Source of the DNA: Vicinamibacterales bacterium
GTDB taxonomy: Bacteria > Acidobacteriota > Vicinamibacteria > Vicinamibacterales > JAMQPK01
Assembly (NCBI GenBank): GCA_963832375.1
Contig: CAWHUA010000003.1
Span: forward strand, 206,827 to 270,826
Length of the DNA stretch: 64,000 bases
Direction: 5' to 3'
Position numbers and translations under genes: made by a program
Part shown: in pieces, positions 30,211-38,473 of the stretch
Numbering within the stretch: the first letter of the stretch is position 1
Layout: each line of letters begins with the position of its first letter
Notes under the pieces: generated by a model
What the model was told of the DNA's origin: nothing
What the model saw: the letters and a program-made list of their open reading frames with translations, nothing else
Database searches by the model: none

Positions 30211-30310
30211 CACTCCCAATACTCACCCCAGGAGAGCCACCATGCGAGAGGTCGTCGGCACGGTTGTCGTGGCGTGCGTCATCGGCGTGTCCGGATCGGG
30301 CTGCGCGTAG

Positions 30311-30404
30311 AACCGGCGCGTCGTCATCAAGGTGCTCGCCTGAGGCAGTTCTCAGTTTTCAGTTCTCAGTTTTTAGTTTCTAGATTCTAGATTCGAGTTT
30401 CAGG
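30311..30404. repeat. U-rich word block (CAGTTCTCAGTTTTCAG / TCTAGATTC words) between convergent genes
   Basis: GGCAGTTCTCAGTTTTCAGTTCTCAGTTTTTAGTTTCTAGATTCTAGATTCGAGTTTCAGGC. Shares an 18-mer with 4640-4679 (minus strand) and TCTAGATTC words with 34270-34400. Confidence 0.7.
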
Positions 30405-30932
30405 CTAACCTCCCAGCACGACGCCAACCGTAAAGCGTTGAAAGCCGATGCCGCGCGATGTGCGCACCTGGAAGTGGCGCAGGTCGCCTCGCACGCCCAC
30501 GAGGCGCGTGAACTTGAACATGACCCCGCCGCCGGCGCTGTAGCCGAAGTCGTTTTCTGAAATATTGGAGAAGATGCCGCCTTCGTCCGATTTCATCCGG
30601 ATGCGAATCAGGCCGAAACCAAAAATGCCATAGGGCCGCACGTTGGCGATCGGAATCGCCACGAAGATGCTCGGCATCAGCGTGACGATGTCGCCGGTTC
30701 CAACGCCGTTCGGCGTCTCGAAGAAGTTTCTCGTTTGCGAAAACTCGAGCTCCGATCCGATGCCGTGTGCGCCCCCGCCGCCCAGGGCGATGGCCCAGGT
30801 GCTCTTGGTCGAGGGCGCGTCGCCGCCGAACACATTCCCCAGCGACGCGGTAAACATGGCCTGCGCGGCGGCCGTTCCTTCCAGGGCAAGGCAGACAGCT
30901 ATCGCCGCCACCGACAATTTTGCGGTGCGCAA
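30405..30932 (-). CDS. small outer-membrane beta-barrel protein (OmpW/OmpA-barrel-like)
   Basis: Signal peptide MRTAKLSVAAIAVCLALEGTAAAQA; alternating hydrophobic beta-strand pattern; 175 aa. Confidence 0.7.
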   Translation of the reverse strand: MRTAKLSVAAIAVCLALEGTAAAQAMFTASLGNVFGGDAPSTKSTWAIALGGGGAHGIGSELEFSQTRNFFETPNGVGTGDIVTLMPSIFVAIPIANVRPYGIFGFGLIRIRMKSDEGGIFSNISENDFGYSAGGGVMFKFTRLVGVRGDLRHFQVRTSRGIGFQRFTVGVVLGG

Positions 30933-30974
30933 GAAAGAACCTCCGGGGTCGATCGTGAGCGAGGGAATTACAGA

Positions 30975-31040
30975 ATAGCAGAATTGGCAGATCGAATCGG
31001 CAGATTGGCGGACTGCCGGATTGGGAGATTGCGCAGACCT
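30975..31040. repeat. GGCAGATTG / GGGAGATTG word block (family shared with 37213, 41754 and 49090 spacers)
   Basis: GCAGAATTGGCAGATCGAATCGGCAGATTGGCGGACTGCCGGATTGGGAGATTGCGCAG. Confidence 0.7.
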
Positions 31041-31044
31041 GCGC

Positions 31045-31284
31045 TCAGGCCGAGCCTTCGGTCGCGATCATGTAGTTCATCTGGCCCCACTGTAAGGGAG
31101 GCACGCGGCGGCGGTCGCTCCGGCGCCGGTTGCGGGGCGCGCTGTCCCCGGCCGACTGACGCCGCTCGCCCATGCGACGGTCCCAGATGATCTGCATGCT
31201 GGGATCGGCGGCGAACGTGCGCGTCAGCAGCTCGAACGTGGCGAAATGGCCACGCCGCACGATGACGAGTCTTGGGTCTGCCAC
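31045..31284 (-). CDS. small hypothetical protein with Arg-rich (DRR/ERR) tail
   Basis: 79 aa; ...IIWDRRMGERRQSAGDSAPRNRRRSDRRRVPPLQWGQ. Coding-like GC3. Confidence 0.45.
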   Translation of the reverse strand: MADPRLVIVRRGHFATFELLTRTFAADPSMQIIWDRRMGERRQSAGDSAPRNRRRSDRRRVPPLQWGQMNYMIATEGSA

Positions 31285-31434
31285 AGGCGTCGCGCTAGTT
31301 GACCTTCGCGCCCCACACGGCCTTCGACCGGTACCCGCCTCCGGCCACGACCGTCATCAGTGTCTTTCCACCACGAACGAATGACTTTCTCACGATGCCC
31401 TCCTGAATTACACCGGGCGTACCCGGGTGCGCTG

Positions 31435-33538
31435 TTATCGATTCCGCTTCACGGATTTGATGACGTCCTTGACCGCATCCTTCTTCTGCCGCGCGACCTT
31501 CGCTTTGACGATGTCGCCCAGCAGTCCGGCATTGCCCCAGACGATGTTGTCGTCGTCGAGCGCGTTGCCCCAGACGATGTTGTCATCGTCGAGCGAGTTG
31601 CCCCAGACGATGTTGTCGTCATCGATGGAGTTGCCCCAGACGATGTTGTCGTCGTCCAGCAGACTGTTGCCCCACACGATGTTGTTGCCCCACACGATGT
31701 TGTCGTCGTCGAGGCTGTTGCCCCAGACGATGTTGTCATCGTCATCGTTGGAGTTGCCCCACACGATGTTGTTGCCCCAGACAATGTTGTTGCCCCACAC
31801 GATGTTGTCGTCGTCGAGGCTGTTGCCCCAGACGATGTTGTCGTCATCGAGGGAATTGCCCCACACGATGTTGTCGTCATCGTCCAGGCCGTCGCCCCAC
31901 ACGATGTTGAGCGCCCACGAACCCCGCTGCTCTTCGATGACGCCGACGCCTCGTGCGATGAAGTTGCCCCAGAGCATCCGCTGCGCCCATTGGTAGATCT
32001 CGCCGCCAATGGTCGAGCTCGGTTCCACTCCGGCCGTCAACCACCCTTGGCCGACCGCCGCCGCCGGGTTGATCGCCGCGGCGAGCGACAGCGCGCCGGG
32101 GGCGTTGATCGCACCCGCGCCCTGCGTCAGGACGTCGGCCTCAACCGTCCCGTCTACCGCGTCTTTCACCAGGACCGACGAGGTACTGCAGCACCATCTT
32201 CAGCGCGTTCGGCGTGAGGCCGCCGTTGGTCTCGAGCACGAGCGCCGCGAGACCGCTGACGACACCGGCCGCCATGCTGGTGCCCTTCAGGCGCATGTAG
32301 TTGCCCGTGTTGCCCTTTTTCTCCATGGCCGCACGCAAGGTGCTGCCGACGGCCGCGACGGAAAGCAGGTTGTCGCCGGGCGCGGAAATGTCCGGCTTCG
32401 CGAAGCCGTCGTACCACGACGGGCCTCGCGAGCTGTACGCCGCGATGTGATCGTCGGCGCGCGTCACGGTGTCGTACGTCTTCACCGAACCCACGGCGAT
32501 GCCAGACGGCGCGTTGCCGGGCGACGCGATGCCGGCGTAACCCACCTGTCCGGTCTGGGGATTGGTGCCGAAGTTGCCGGCCGACAGCACAACGGTGAGG
32601 CCGACACGCGCGGCGTGCTCGACAGCCTGCACCATCGGATCGGTCGCAGCCGCCTCGAAAATCGGATGTCCCAGGGAAAGATTCAGGATGTTGATGCCAA
32701 GCAGGTCCTTGTTGACGATCGCAAACTCGATCGCGCGAATGACCCCGTCGGCCGATCCCTGCCCCTGGGCGTTCAGCACCTTGAGACCGATCAGGCGGGC
32801 GTTCGGCGCCACCCCGACGTAGGTGCCGGCGGCGAGTCCGGCCACGTGGCTGCCGTGTCCGTATTCGTCACTCGGCGAGGTGACGCGCACATCACCCTGC
32901 GTGAAGTCGTAGAACGCGGTGATTCGCGAACCAAAATCGAGGCCGGCCTGGATGCCCGAATCGATGATCGCGATGCCAACCGACGACGGCTGCCCGCCAT
33001 AGACCATTCCGGTGGTGCCGTACGCCGCGTTGTCGTAGCCGATGTTCTCGTAGCCGAGGTTCGATGACTGCCGTACCGCGAGCGTGGCAAAGAAGTTCGC
33101 CTGCAACTGTTGTGCAGCGAGCGCCTCGTTGAGGCGCGCGGAATCGTTGTCGTCGGCGCTCGGGCCTCCGGGCAGCGTGGTCCACTGCTGGGACGCATCG
33201 TTCACCTGCAGCGGGGTGATCTTGTGGTTGCCCGAAATCGACGCGGTCGCCAGCGATGCCGCGAGGCTGTCGAGATCCTCGCACTTCACTTCCGCGGTGA
33301 TCGCGTCGAGGGCGGGGAATTCGCCCTTGACCTTGCGTCCGCCGTGCGCCAGCGATCGACGCACTGCTTCGCGGTAACCCGGTTTGGTCCTGATAATCAC
33401 CGACTTGGTGCCCACGCATCCGCGCTCGACTGTCTGACGAAGTGACTTGTCGAGCTTTTCGCGACGCGCTTCTGCGGAGACTGGCGCACCGAGCGTGGCG
33501 ACGACCGCGGCGACCGTAAACAACCGAGCTAGTGTCAT
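31435..33538 (-). CDS. secreted subtilisin-like (S8) serine protease with C-terminal NIVWGN repeat region; frame broken by a 1-nt indel near 32180-32186
   Basis: Signal peptide and propeptide-like region, then the catalytic triad contexts AIIDSGI, HGSHVAG and GTSMAAG. ORFs 32141..33538 and 31435..32169 join as ...LKMVLQYSSVLVKDAVDGTVEADVLTQGAGAINA... if one C is removed from TACCTCG. Confidence 0.85.
31531..31908 (-). repeat. 13 tandem copies of an NIVWG(N) motif, with or without SLDDD spacers (18/30/33-nt units)
   Basis: Protein reads NIVWGDGLDDDDNIVWGNSLDDDNIVWGNSLDDDNIVWGNNIVWGNNIVWGNSNDDDDNIVWGN... The DNA shows reiterated GTTGCCCCA(G/C)ACGATGTTGTCGTC units. Confidence 0.9.
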
Positions 33539-33900
33539 GGCTGCCCGCTATAGAGCAAGTTCGCGTCCATCCCGCCGGCGATCACCTAACTGGCTGATTC
33601 GTAAAGATTTGGCCAGAACGGCCAAACCGCGGAGGCATCCGGAGCTGTGCCGGTTCGGCACAGCAGCGCGTTGTTTTGACGGGAGTTTAGGCGGCTAATG
33701 TGTTGAAAAGAGGGAAAATAGCCTTGATTTGTTCCACTTCGGCGCATCTGGACACCACGATCTGGCCCGTTCCTGCACACCAAGATACAGATTCAGCGGC
33801 GCTGGCAAATCAGGCGTTGGGATTGCTGCGTGCGCGCTTCACAAGTAGAATTACGGCCGTCGCAGCGGTCTTCTCGCCGGCGGACACTCTGGAGGACACG

Positions 33901-34269
33901 ATGCCTTTCGTGATTACGGATCCTTGCATTGAAACCAAAGACACGGCGTGTGTGGACGTATGTCCCGTCGATTGCATTCATCCCCGCAAGGACGAGCCTG
34001 AATTCGCGGCGATGAACATGCTCTATATCCATCCTGAGGAGTGCATCGATTGCGGTGCGTGCGTGCCGGCCTGCCCGGTCGCCGCGATCTACGACAGCCA
34101 CGACTCGACGCCTTCGAGCCAGAAGGACCTCATCGAAGCCAACACGGTGTACCGCAACGGCGATGCCGATGCCATGGCGCAAGCCGAAGCGATCGTGCAG
34201 GCGCACGTCGCCGCGCATCCCGAATTGATGGCGATTCCCGGCAAAGAGCGCGCGGCCGCGCATAGCTAG
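33901..34269 (+). CDS. fdxA: 7Fe-type ferredoxin (3Fe-4S + 4Fe-4S)
   Basis: MPFVITDPCIETKDTACVDVCPVDCIHP and CIDCGACVPACPVAAI cluster motifs; GGAGG 8 nt upstream of the ATG. Confidence 0.9.
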   Translation: MPFVITDPCIETKDTACVDVCPVDCIHPRKDEPEFAAMNMLYIHPEECIDCGACVPACPVAAIYDSHDSTPSSQKDLIEANTVYRNGDADAMAQAEAIVQAHVAAHPELMAIPGKERAAAHS

Positions 34270-34448
34270 GAATCAGATCTAGAAACTGGAATCTAGAATC
34301 TGGAATCTGAGATCCGGGGCCCACCTGGACTCTCGTTTTCAGATTCTGGATTTTCAGATTTTAGATTGTAGATTCTAGATTTTAGATTCCAGCCTCCGCG
34401 CCCAGCCTCCGTCCACATCTGTTGTAAAATCAGGGTTTGCCGTCGTGT
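34270..34448. repeat. long imperfect 'word' palindrome (GGAATCT / TCTAGA / TTCAGATT words) downstream of ferredoxin
   Basis: GGAATCAGATCTAGAAACTGGAATCTAGAATCTGGAATCTGAGATCC ... TTCAGATTCTGGATTTTCAGATTTTAGATTGTAGATTCTAGATTTTAGATTCC. The arms are approximate reverse complements. Confidence 0.7.
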
Positions 34449-34524
34449 GGTGAGTGTAGCTCAGTGGTAGAGCACCGGACTGTGGCTCCGGACGTCGCGG
34501 GTTCAATCCCCGTCACTCACCCCA
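34449..34524 (+). tRNA. tRNA-His (anticodon GTG), with encoded G-1 and CCA
   Basis: Manual fold: G-1, acceptor GTGAGTG/CACTCAC, D arm GCTC-AGTGGTA-GAGC, anticodon arm CCGGA-CTGTGGC-TCCGG, T arm GCGGG-TTCAATC-CCCGT, discriminator C, CCA. Confidence 0.9.
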
Positions 34525-34680
34525 GCCTTCGCTCTCCCTAGCTTGTCCGTCGAGCTACGGCTAGGCAGGCCTGTCGTGCCGAAGCGCTACGCGCGAAGGC
34601 GGAAGCTACGGTTAGGCAGGCGAGTCAGCGCGGTCTTACGCGAAGGCTGGTCTCGCCGTAGCGCACAGCGCGTAGGCGGA
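34525..34680. repeat. REP-like spacer with a ~51-nt tandem duplication (AGCTACGG(C/T)TAGGCAGGC ... ACGCGAAGGC)
   Basis: AGCTACGGCTAGGCAGGC at 34553 and AGCTACGGTTAGGCAGGC at 34604. TACGCGCGAAGGCGG and TTACGCGAAGGCTGG follow each copy. GCGAAGG/CCTTCGC words recur at 63233-63290 and inside ligD. Confidence 0.65.
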
Positions 34681-36102
34681 CTAGATCTGCAGCGTCGCCC
34701 CTTCCTTTTTCGCCACGTACACCGTCGCCGTCAGATCGCCCATCACGTTCACCACCGTCCGCGTCATGTCGAGCAGCCGATCGACGCCGATGATGATCGC
34801 GATGAGCTGTGTCGGAATGCCGACCATGGCCAGCACGCCCACGACGAACGGCAGCGAGCCGGCAGGCACGCCGGCCGTGCCGATGCTGCCGAGCACCGCC
34901 AGGTAGACGATCATCAACTGTTGCGCGAGCGTGAGATCCACGCCCGCCAACTGCGCCAGGAAGAGCACCGTCACCCCTTCGTACAGCGCCGTCCCATTCT
35001 GGTTGGCCGTCGCGCCGACCGTCAGCACGAACGCGCCGATTTCCCGCGGCACGCCGAGATTCGATTCCGAGACGCGCAGGGCGGTGGGCAGCGTGGCATT
35101 CGACGAGCTCGTCGAGAACGCGGTGAGCATCACCGTGCGCGCGCGCCGGAAGAACTCGACGGGAGAGACGCGGGCCCCGAATTTGAGCGCGGCTCCGTAG
35201 ACCACAAACAGGTGGAACGCCAGTCCGCCCAGCACCGTCACGACATACCAGCCGAGGCTGACGAGAAAGCCGAACCCGAAACGCGCGGTCATGGCGAACA
35301 GCAGGCACGCGACGCCGAGAGGCGCGATCTTCATGACGATGTCGATGATCTTCGCCACCACCTTGAAGACCCCGTCGAGCAGCGCGATGACCGGCGCCGC
35401 GCTCTCGCGAGAGACGAGCGTCAGCGCCGCGCCGAACACGATCGAGAAAAACATGATGCCGATCATGTCGGGCGTCGAGCGGGCCATCGACTCGAGCGGG
35501 TTCGCGGGGACGAGCGAGCGCACGAACGACATCACGGGCGACTCGCTCGCAGCCGTGGTGCTGGCGGCCACCTGTTTGGACTGAACGGCATATTCCGCCA
35601 TCAGGAGATCGCGGGTGGCGGGATCGAGCCGCAGGCCCGGACGCACCGTGTTGGCCAGGAAGATGCCCAGAAAGACCGACACCAGCGAAATGGCCAGGCA
35701 GAACAGCACCGTGCGCAGGCCCACGCGTCCGAGGCGGCGCACGTCGCCGATGCCCGCGACGCCGACGATGAGCGACGACACGACGAGTGGGACCACCGTC
35801 ATCAGGAGGGATCGGAGGAACAACTGGCCGACCGGTTCGGCCACGTTCGCGATGATCCACGCCAGCGCCGGCGCCCCGGGTCCGAGCACCGCGCGCGCGG
35901 TGCTGCCGAGCACGGCGCCGGCGACCAGCCCCAGGAGGATGCGCACGTGCAGCGGAACGCGGCGCCGCGCGTCCGCGCGATCGTCGGTCCGCTCGTCGAG
36001 ATCCGAGACGACTTCCCGTTCGAAAGGTTCCATCGTATTTACCGTCGGTTTCTTTTCAGCTGGCCGGCGGAATAATATGTCACCGGATGATGGACGAGAC
36101 AC
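34681..36102 (-). CDS. dicarboxylate/amino acid:cation symporter (DAACS/GltP-DctA family)
   Basis: Polytopic protein with family motifs ...ATANQNGTALYEGV... and GVDRLLDMTRTVVNVMGD. The start may instead be MEPFER at 36033. Confidence 0.9.
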   Translation of the reverse strand: MSRPSSGDILFRRPAEKKPTVNTMEPFEREVVSDLDERTDDRADARRRVPLHVRILLGLVAGAVLGSTARAVLGPGAPALAWIIANVAEPVGQLFLRSLLMTVVPLVVSSLIVGVAGIGDVRRLGRVGLRTVLFCLAISLVSVFLGIFLANTVRPGLRLDPATRDLLMAEYAVQSKQVAASTTAASESPVMSFVRSLVPANPLESMARSTPDMIGIMFFSIVFGAALTLVSRESAAPVIALLDGVFKVVAKIIDIVMKIAPLGVACLLFAMTARFGFGFLVSLGWYVVTVLGGLAFHLFVVYGAALKFGARVSPVEFFRRARTVMLTAFSTSSSNATLPTALRVSESNLGVPREIGAFVLTVGATANQNGTALYEGVTVLFLAQLAGVDLTLAQQLMIVYLAVLGSIGTAGVPAGSLPFVVGVLAMVGIPTQLIAIIIGVDRLLDMTRTVVNVMGDLTATVYVAKKEGATLQI

Positions 36103-36305
36103 TGAAAGATCGGCGCGCGCCGAATCAGCACGATCGCCGCGCCATTCCGCGAGGAGGCCGCCGGGCGAGCGACCTCCCCCATCCGATTACCTGCCCGAGC
36201 TGCGGCGAGATTCAGGAGGTCCAGGGCCTCCCCAACAGCCGTGCCGTGCGCTGGTGTCACTGCCGTGCGTGCGGCGAAGTCTGGCCCTGGTCGATGGATC
36301 TCTAG
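36087..36305 (+). CDS. small DRR-motif / zinc-ribbon protein
   Basis: 72 aa: KDRRAPNQHDRRAIPRGGRR, then CPSCG-x20-CRACGEVW. Same CxxC...CxxCxxxW pattern as 54630..55274 and 62465..62671. Confidence 0.4.
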   Translation: MMDETLKDRRAPNQHDRRAIPRGGRRASDLPHPITCPSCGEIQEVQGLPNSRAVRWCHCRACGEVWPWSMDL

Positions 36306-36324
36306 CGGAGTCAATAAGGAGCTT

Positions 36325-37212
36325 ATGAGCACACCGCGTATTGGTTGGATTGGCACCGGCGTCATGGGGCAGTCGATGTGCGGCCACCTGATGGCCAAGG
36401 GCTACCCTGCGACGATTTACAGCCGAACGAAGTCGAAAGCACAGGGCCTGCTCGACAAGGGCGCCGCATGGGCCGACACGCCTGGCGGGGTCGCCGGGCA
36501 ATCCGACATCACGTTCACGATCGTCGGGTTGCCGAACGACGTGCGCGAGGTCTACCAGACCAAGGGCGGCATTCTCGATGCGGCACAGCCGGGCAGCATC
36601 ATCGTGGACATGACGACGACCGAACCGAGCCTCGCGCGCGAAATCTACGAAACCGCGAAAGCGAAGCGCGTGTCGGCCATCGATGCGCCGGTATCGGGCG
36701 GCGATGTCGGCGCGAGGAACGCGACCCTCTCGATCATGGTCGGCGGCGACAAGGACGCGGTCGATCGCGTGATGCCGCTCTTCCAGGCGATGGGCAAGAA
36801 CATCGTCTATCAGGGCGGCGCCGGCAACGGCCAGCACACCAAGATGTGCAATCAGCTCGTCCTCGCCGGCACGATCATCGGCGTGTGCGAGAGCCTGTTG
36901 TACGGCTACAAGGCCGGGCTCGATCTCGAGACGATGCTCAGCTCGATTACAAAAGGTGCGGCGCAGTGCTGGATTCTCGACAACCTGGCGCCGAAGATGG
37001 TGAACCGGAATTTCGATCCGGGATTCTTCGTCGAGCACTTCGAGAAGGATCTGGGCATCGCGCTCGACGAGTCGCGGCGGATGGGGATTTCGATGCCGGG
37101 CCTGGCGCTGGTGCGCCAGTTCTACATCGCGCTCAAATCACAGGGCCACGGCCGGCTGGGCTATCACTCGCTGCTGCTCGCACTCGAACAGCTTTCGAAC
37201 GTCAAACGCTAA
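36325..37212 (+). CDS. NAD(P)-dependent 3-hydroxyisobutyrate dehydrogenase / 2-hydroxy-3-oxopropionate reductase family oxidoreductase
   Basis: IGWIGTGVMGQSMCGHL Rossmann motif; DAPVSGG and catalytic-Lys region GAGNGQHTKMCNQ; AAGGAG Shine-Dalgarno upstream of the ATG at 36325. Confidence 0.9.
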   Translation: MSTPRIGWIGTGVMGQSMCGHLMAKGYPATIYSRTKSKAQGLLDKGAAWADTPGGVAGQSDITFTIVGLPNDVREVYQTKGGILDAAQPGSIIVDMTTTEPSLAREIYETAKAKRVSAIDAPVSGGDVGARNATLSIMVGGDKDAVDRVMPLFQAMGKNIVYQGGAGNGQHTKMCNQLVLAGTIIGVCESLLYGYKAGLDLETMLSSITKGAAQCWILDNLAPKMVNRNFDPGFFVEHFEKDLGIALDESRRMGISMPGLALVRQFYIALKSQGHGRLGYHSLLLALEQLSNVKR

Positions 37213-37380
37213 TAAAACTGACGCACCATTGGTAGATGGGAAGATTGGTGGATTGGGAGATTGTTGGCAGATTGAGTGATTGGTAGATGGGCAGAATCGC
37301 CTGAATCTGCGAATCTGCAAATCATTCAATCCCACAACATTCCACCAATCCTCCAATCTGCGAATCCGCCAATGGTGGAT
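37213..37380. terminator. ~150-nt imperfect 'word' palindrome between convergent genes (GATTGG / GGCAGATTG / GGGAGATTG words)
   Basis: Left arm CCATTGGTAGATGGGAAGATTGGTGGATTGGGAGATTGTTGGCAGATTGAG... The right arm ends ...CCACCAATCCTCCAATCTGCGAATCCGCCAATGG. The arms are approximate reverse complements. Confidence 0.55.
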
Positions 37381-37695
37381 TCACCCACCCCTCCTATCCC
37401 CCGCCCTCCGATCGCGGCCGGTGCGGCGCTCGGGACCGTCGTACGGCGCCTGCTGCTTGCGCCGTTCGGCGCTCCGGCGATCGCGCTGGCGCCGTTCGCG
37501 TCCCGCCTGCGCTCCGGCCGTCGCCGAGCGGGCGGCTTCCCGCTGCAGCCTGATCGTGCGCCGGCTGGGATCCAGCACCTCCATCAGTCCCTGCACGAGC
37601 ACGATGGCCTGGGGGCTTTCGACGATTCGTTCCGGAGCTTTCAGGTAGTTGAGGGCGGCCAGGATATTTGACCGCTGCCACGGAGTCAGGTTCAT
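37381..37695 (-). CDS. hypothetical protein with Arg-rich DRR/ERR repeat tail
   Basis: 104 aa; C-terminus GRERRQRDRRSAERRKQQAPYDGPERRTGRDRRAGDRRGG. Confidence 0.4.
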   Translation of the reverse strand: MNLTPWQRSNILAALNYLKAPERIVESPQAIVLVQGLMEVLDPSRRTIRLQREAARSATAGAQAGRERRQRDRRSAERRKQQAPYDGPERRTGRDRRAGDRRGG

Positions 37696-37816
37696 ACCTT
37701 ATTTATATCGGCCGTTTTGCGATAGGCTTGAAATCCGAGGACAGACCGGCGTGGCAGATCCCCAGCACCCCGATATCGTCGAGCGGCGCCAGCGATACAT
37801 CGACCGGCAGCGCGAA

Positions 37817-38470
37817 ATGCATCCGGACACCGTAAACGTCCGGTTTCAGGGCGCAAAACCGGAAGGCGACGGTCCGGCCAACCGCCACGGCATGCCTGCG
37901 GTGCCCGTGGGACAGCACCTTGTGAAAAACTGGCCCGTCCTCGATCTGGGCGAGCAGCCCGACGTGCCGCTCGACCGGTGGAAGCTGGAAATCGGCGGCC
38001 TGGTGGAACATCCGGTCACCTTGAACTGGCAACAGTTCATGGACCTCCCGCAGGCCGAAGATGTCAGCGATTTTCACTGCGTCACCACCTGGAGCCGCCT
38101 CGACAACCACTGGAAGGGCGTGAGGTTCCGGACGATTGCAGAGCTCGTCGTGCCCATGGAGCGCGCGATGTTCGTGCTCTGCACCGGGTACGACTTCATG
38201 CCCGGCACCTTCATCCCGTACACCGTCAACGTGCCGCTCGACCGCGCCATCGACGCCGACGTGCTGCTCGTGCATACGTGGGAAGGGCGGCCGCTGCCGC
38301 GCGAACATGGCGGCCCGGTGCGGATGATCACGCCCAAGCTCTACGCGTGGAAGGGCGCGAAGTGGATCAGGAAGATCGAGTTCCTCGCCGAAGACCGGAA
38401 AGGATTCTGGGAAGAGCGCGGGTACTCGAACACCGCGGAACCATGGTTCAACGATCGGTACAGCTACTGA
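37817..38470 (+). CDS. sulfite-oxidase-fold molybdopterin-binding oxidoreductase (short YuiH/YedY-like form)
   Basis: VPVGQHLVKNWPVLDLGEQPDVPLDRWKLEIGGLVEHPVTL and FHCVTTWS (Mo-ligand Cys context). Start at 37817 or a nearby Met. Confidence 0.8.
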   Translation: MHPDTVNVRFQGAKPEGDGPANRHGMPAVPVGQHLVKNWPVLDLGEQPDVPLDRWKLEIGGLVEHPVTLNWQQFMDLPQAEDVSDFHCVTTWSRLDNHWKGVRFRTIAELVVPMERAMFVLCTGYDFMPGTFIPYTVNVPLDRAIDADVLLVHTWEGRPLPREHGGPVRMITPKLYAWKGAKWIRKIEFLAEDRKGFWEERGYSNTAEPWFNDRYSY

Positions 38471-38473
38471 CGC

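Noticed and set aside
30308-30345. NRRVVIKVLA peptide after the TAG of the 22-codon ORF, reminiscent of the OmpA-family C-terminal NRRVEI motif
   Set aside because: There is no room for an OmpA-like domain (about 100 aa) upstream. Most likely coincidence, or at best a relic.
31360-32217. Plus-strand and alternative-frame ORFs full of APDDVVVV or TTTSSGAT repeats
   Set aside because: They are alternative translations of the NIVWGN repeat DNA. Only the minus-strand frame continues from the S8 catalytic domain.
33539-33900. Riboswitch or small RNA in the 360-nt spacer upstream of ferredoxin
   Set aside because: I could not recognise any known riboswitch core or a convincing conserved structure by eye. 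It is left as a divergent promoter region.
34543-36075. 510-aa plus-strand ORF antisense to the DAACS transporter
   Set aside because: Extremely Arg/His/Asp-rich with no membrane or enzyme motifs. The opposite strand encodes an obvious transporter.
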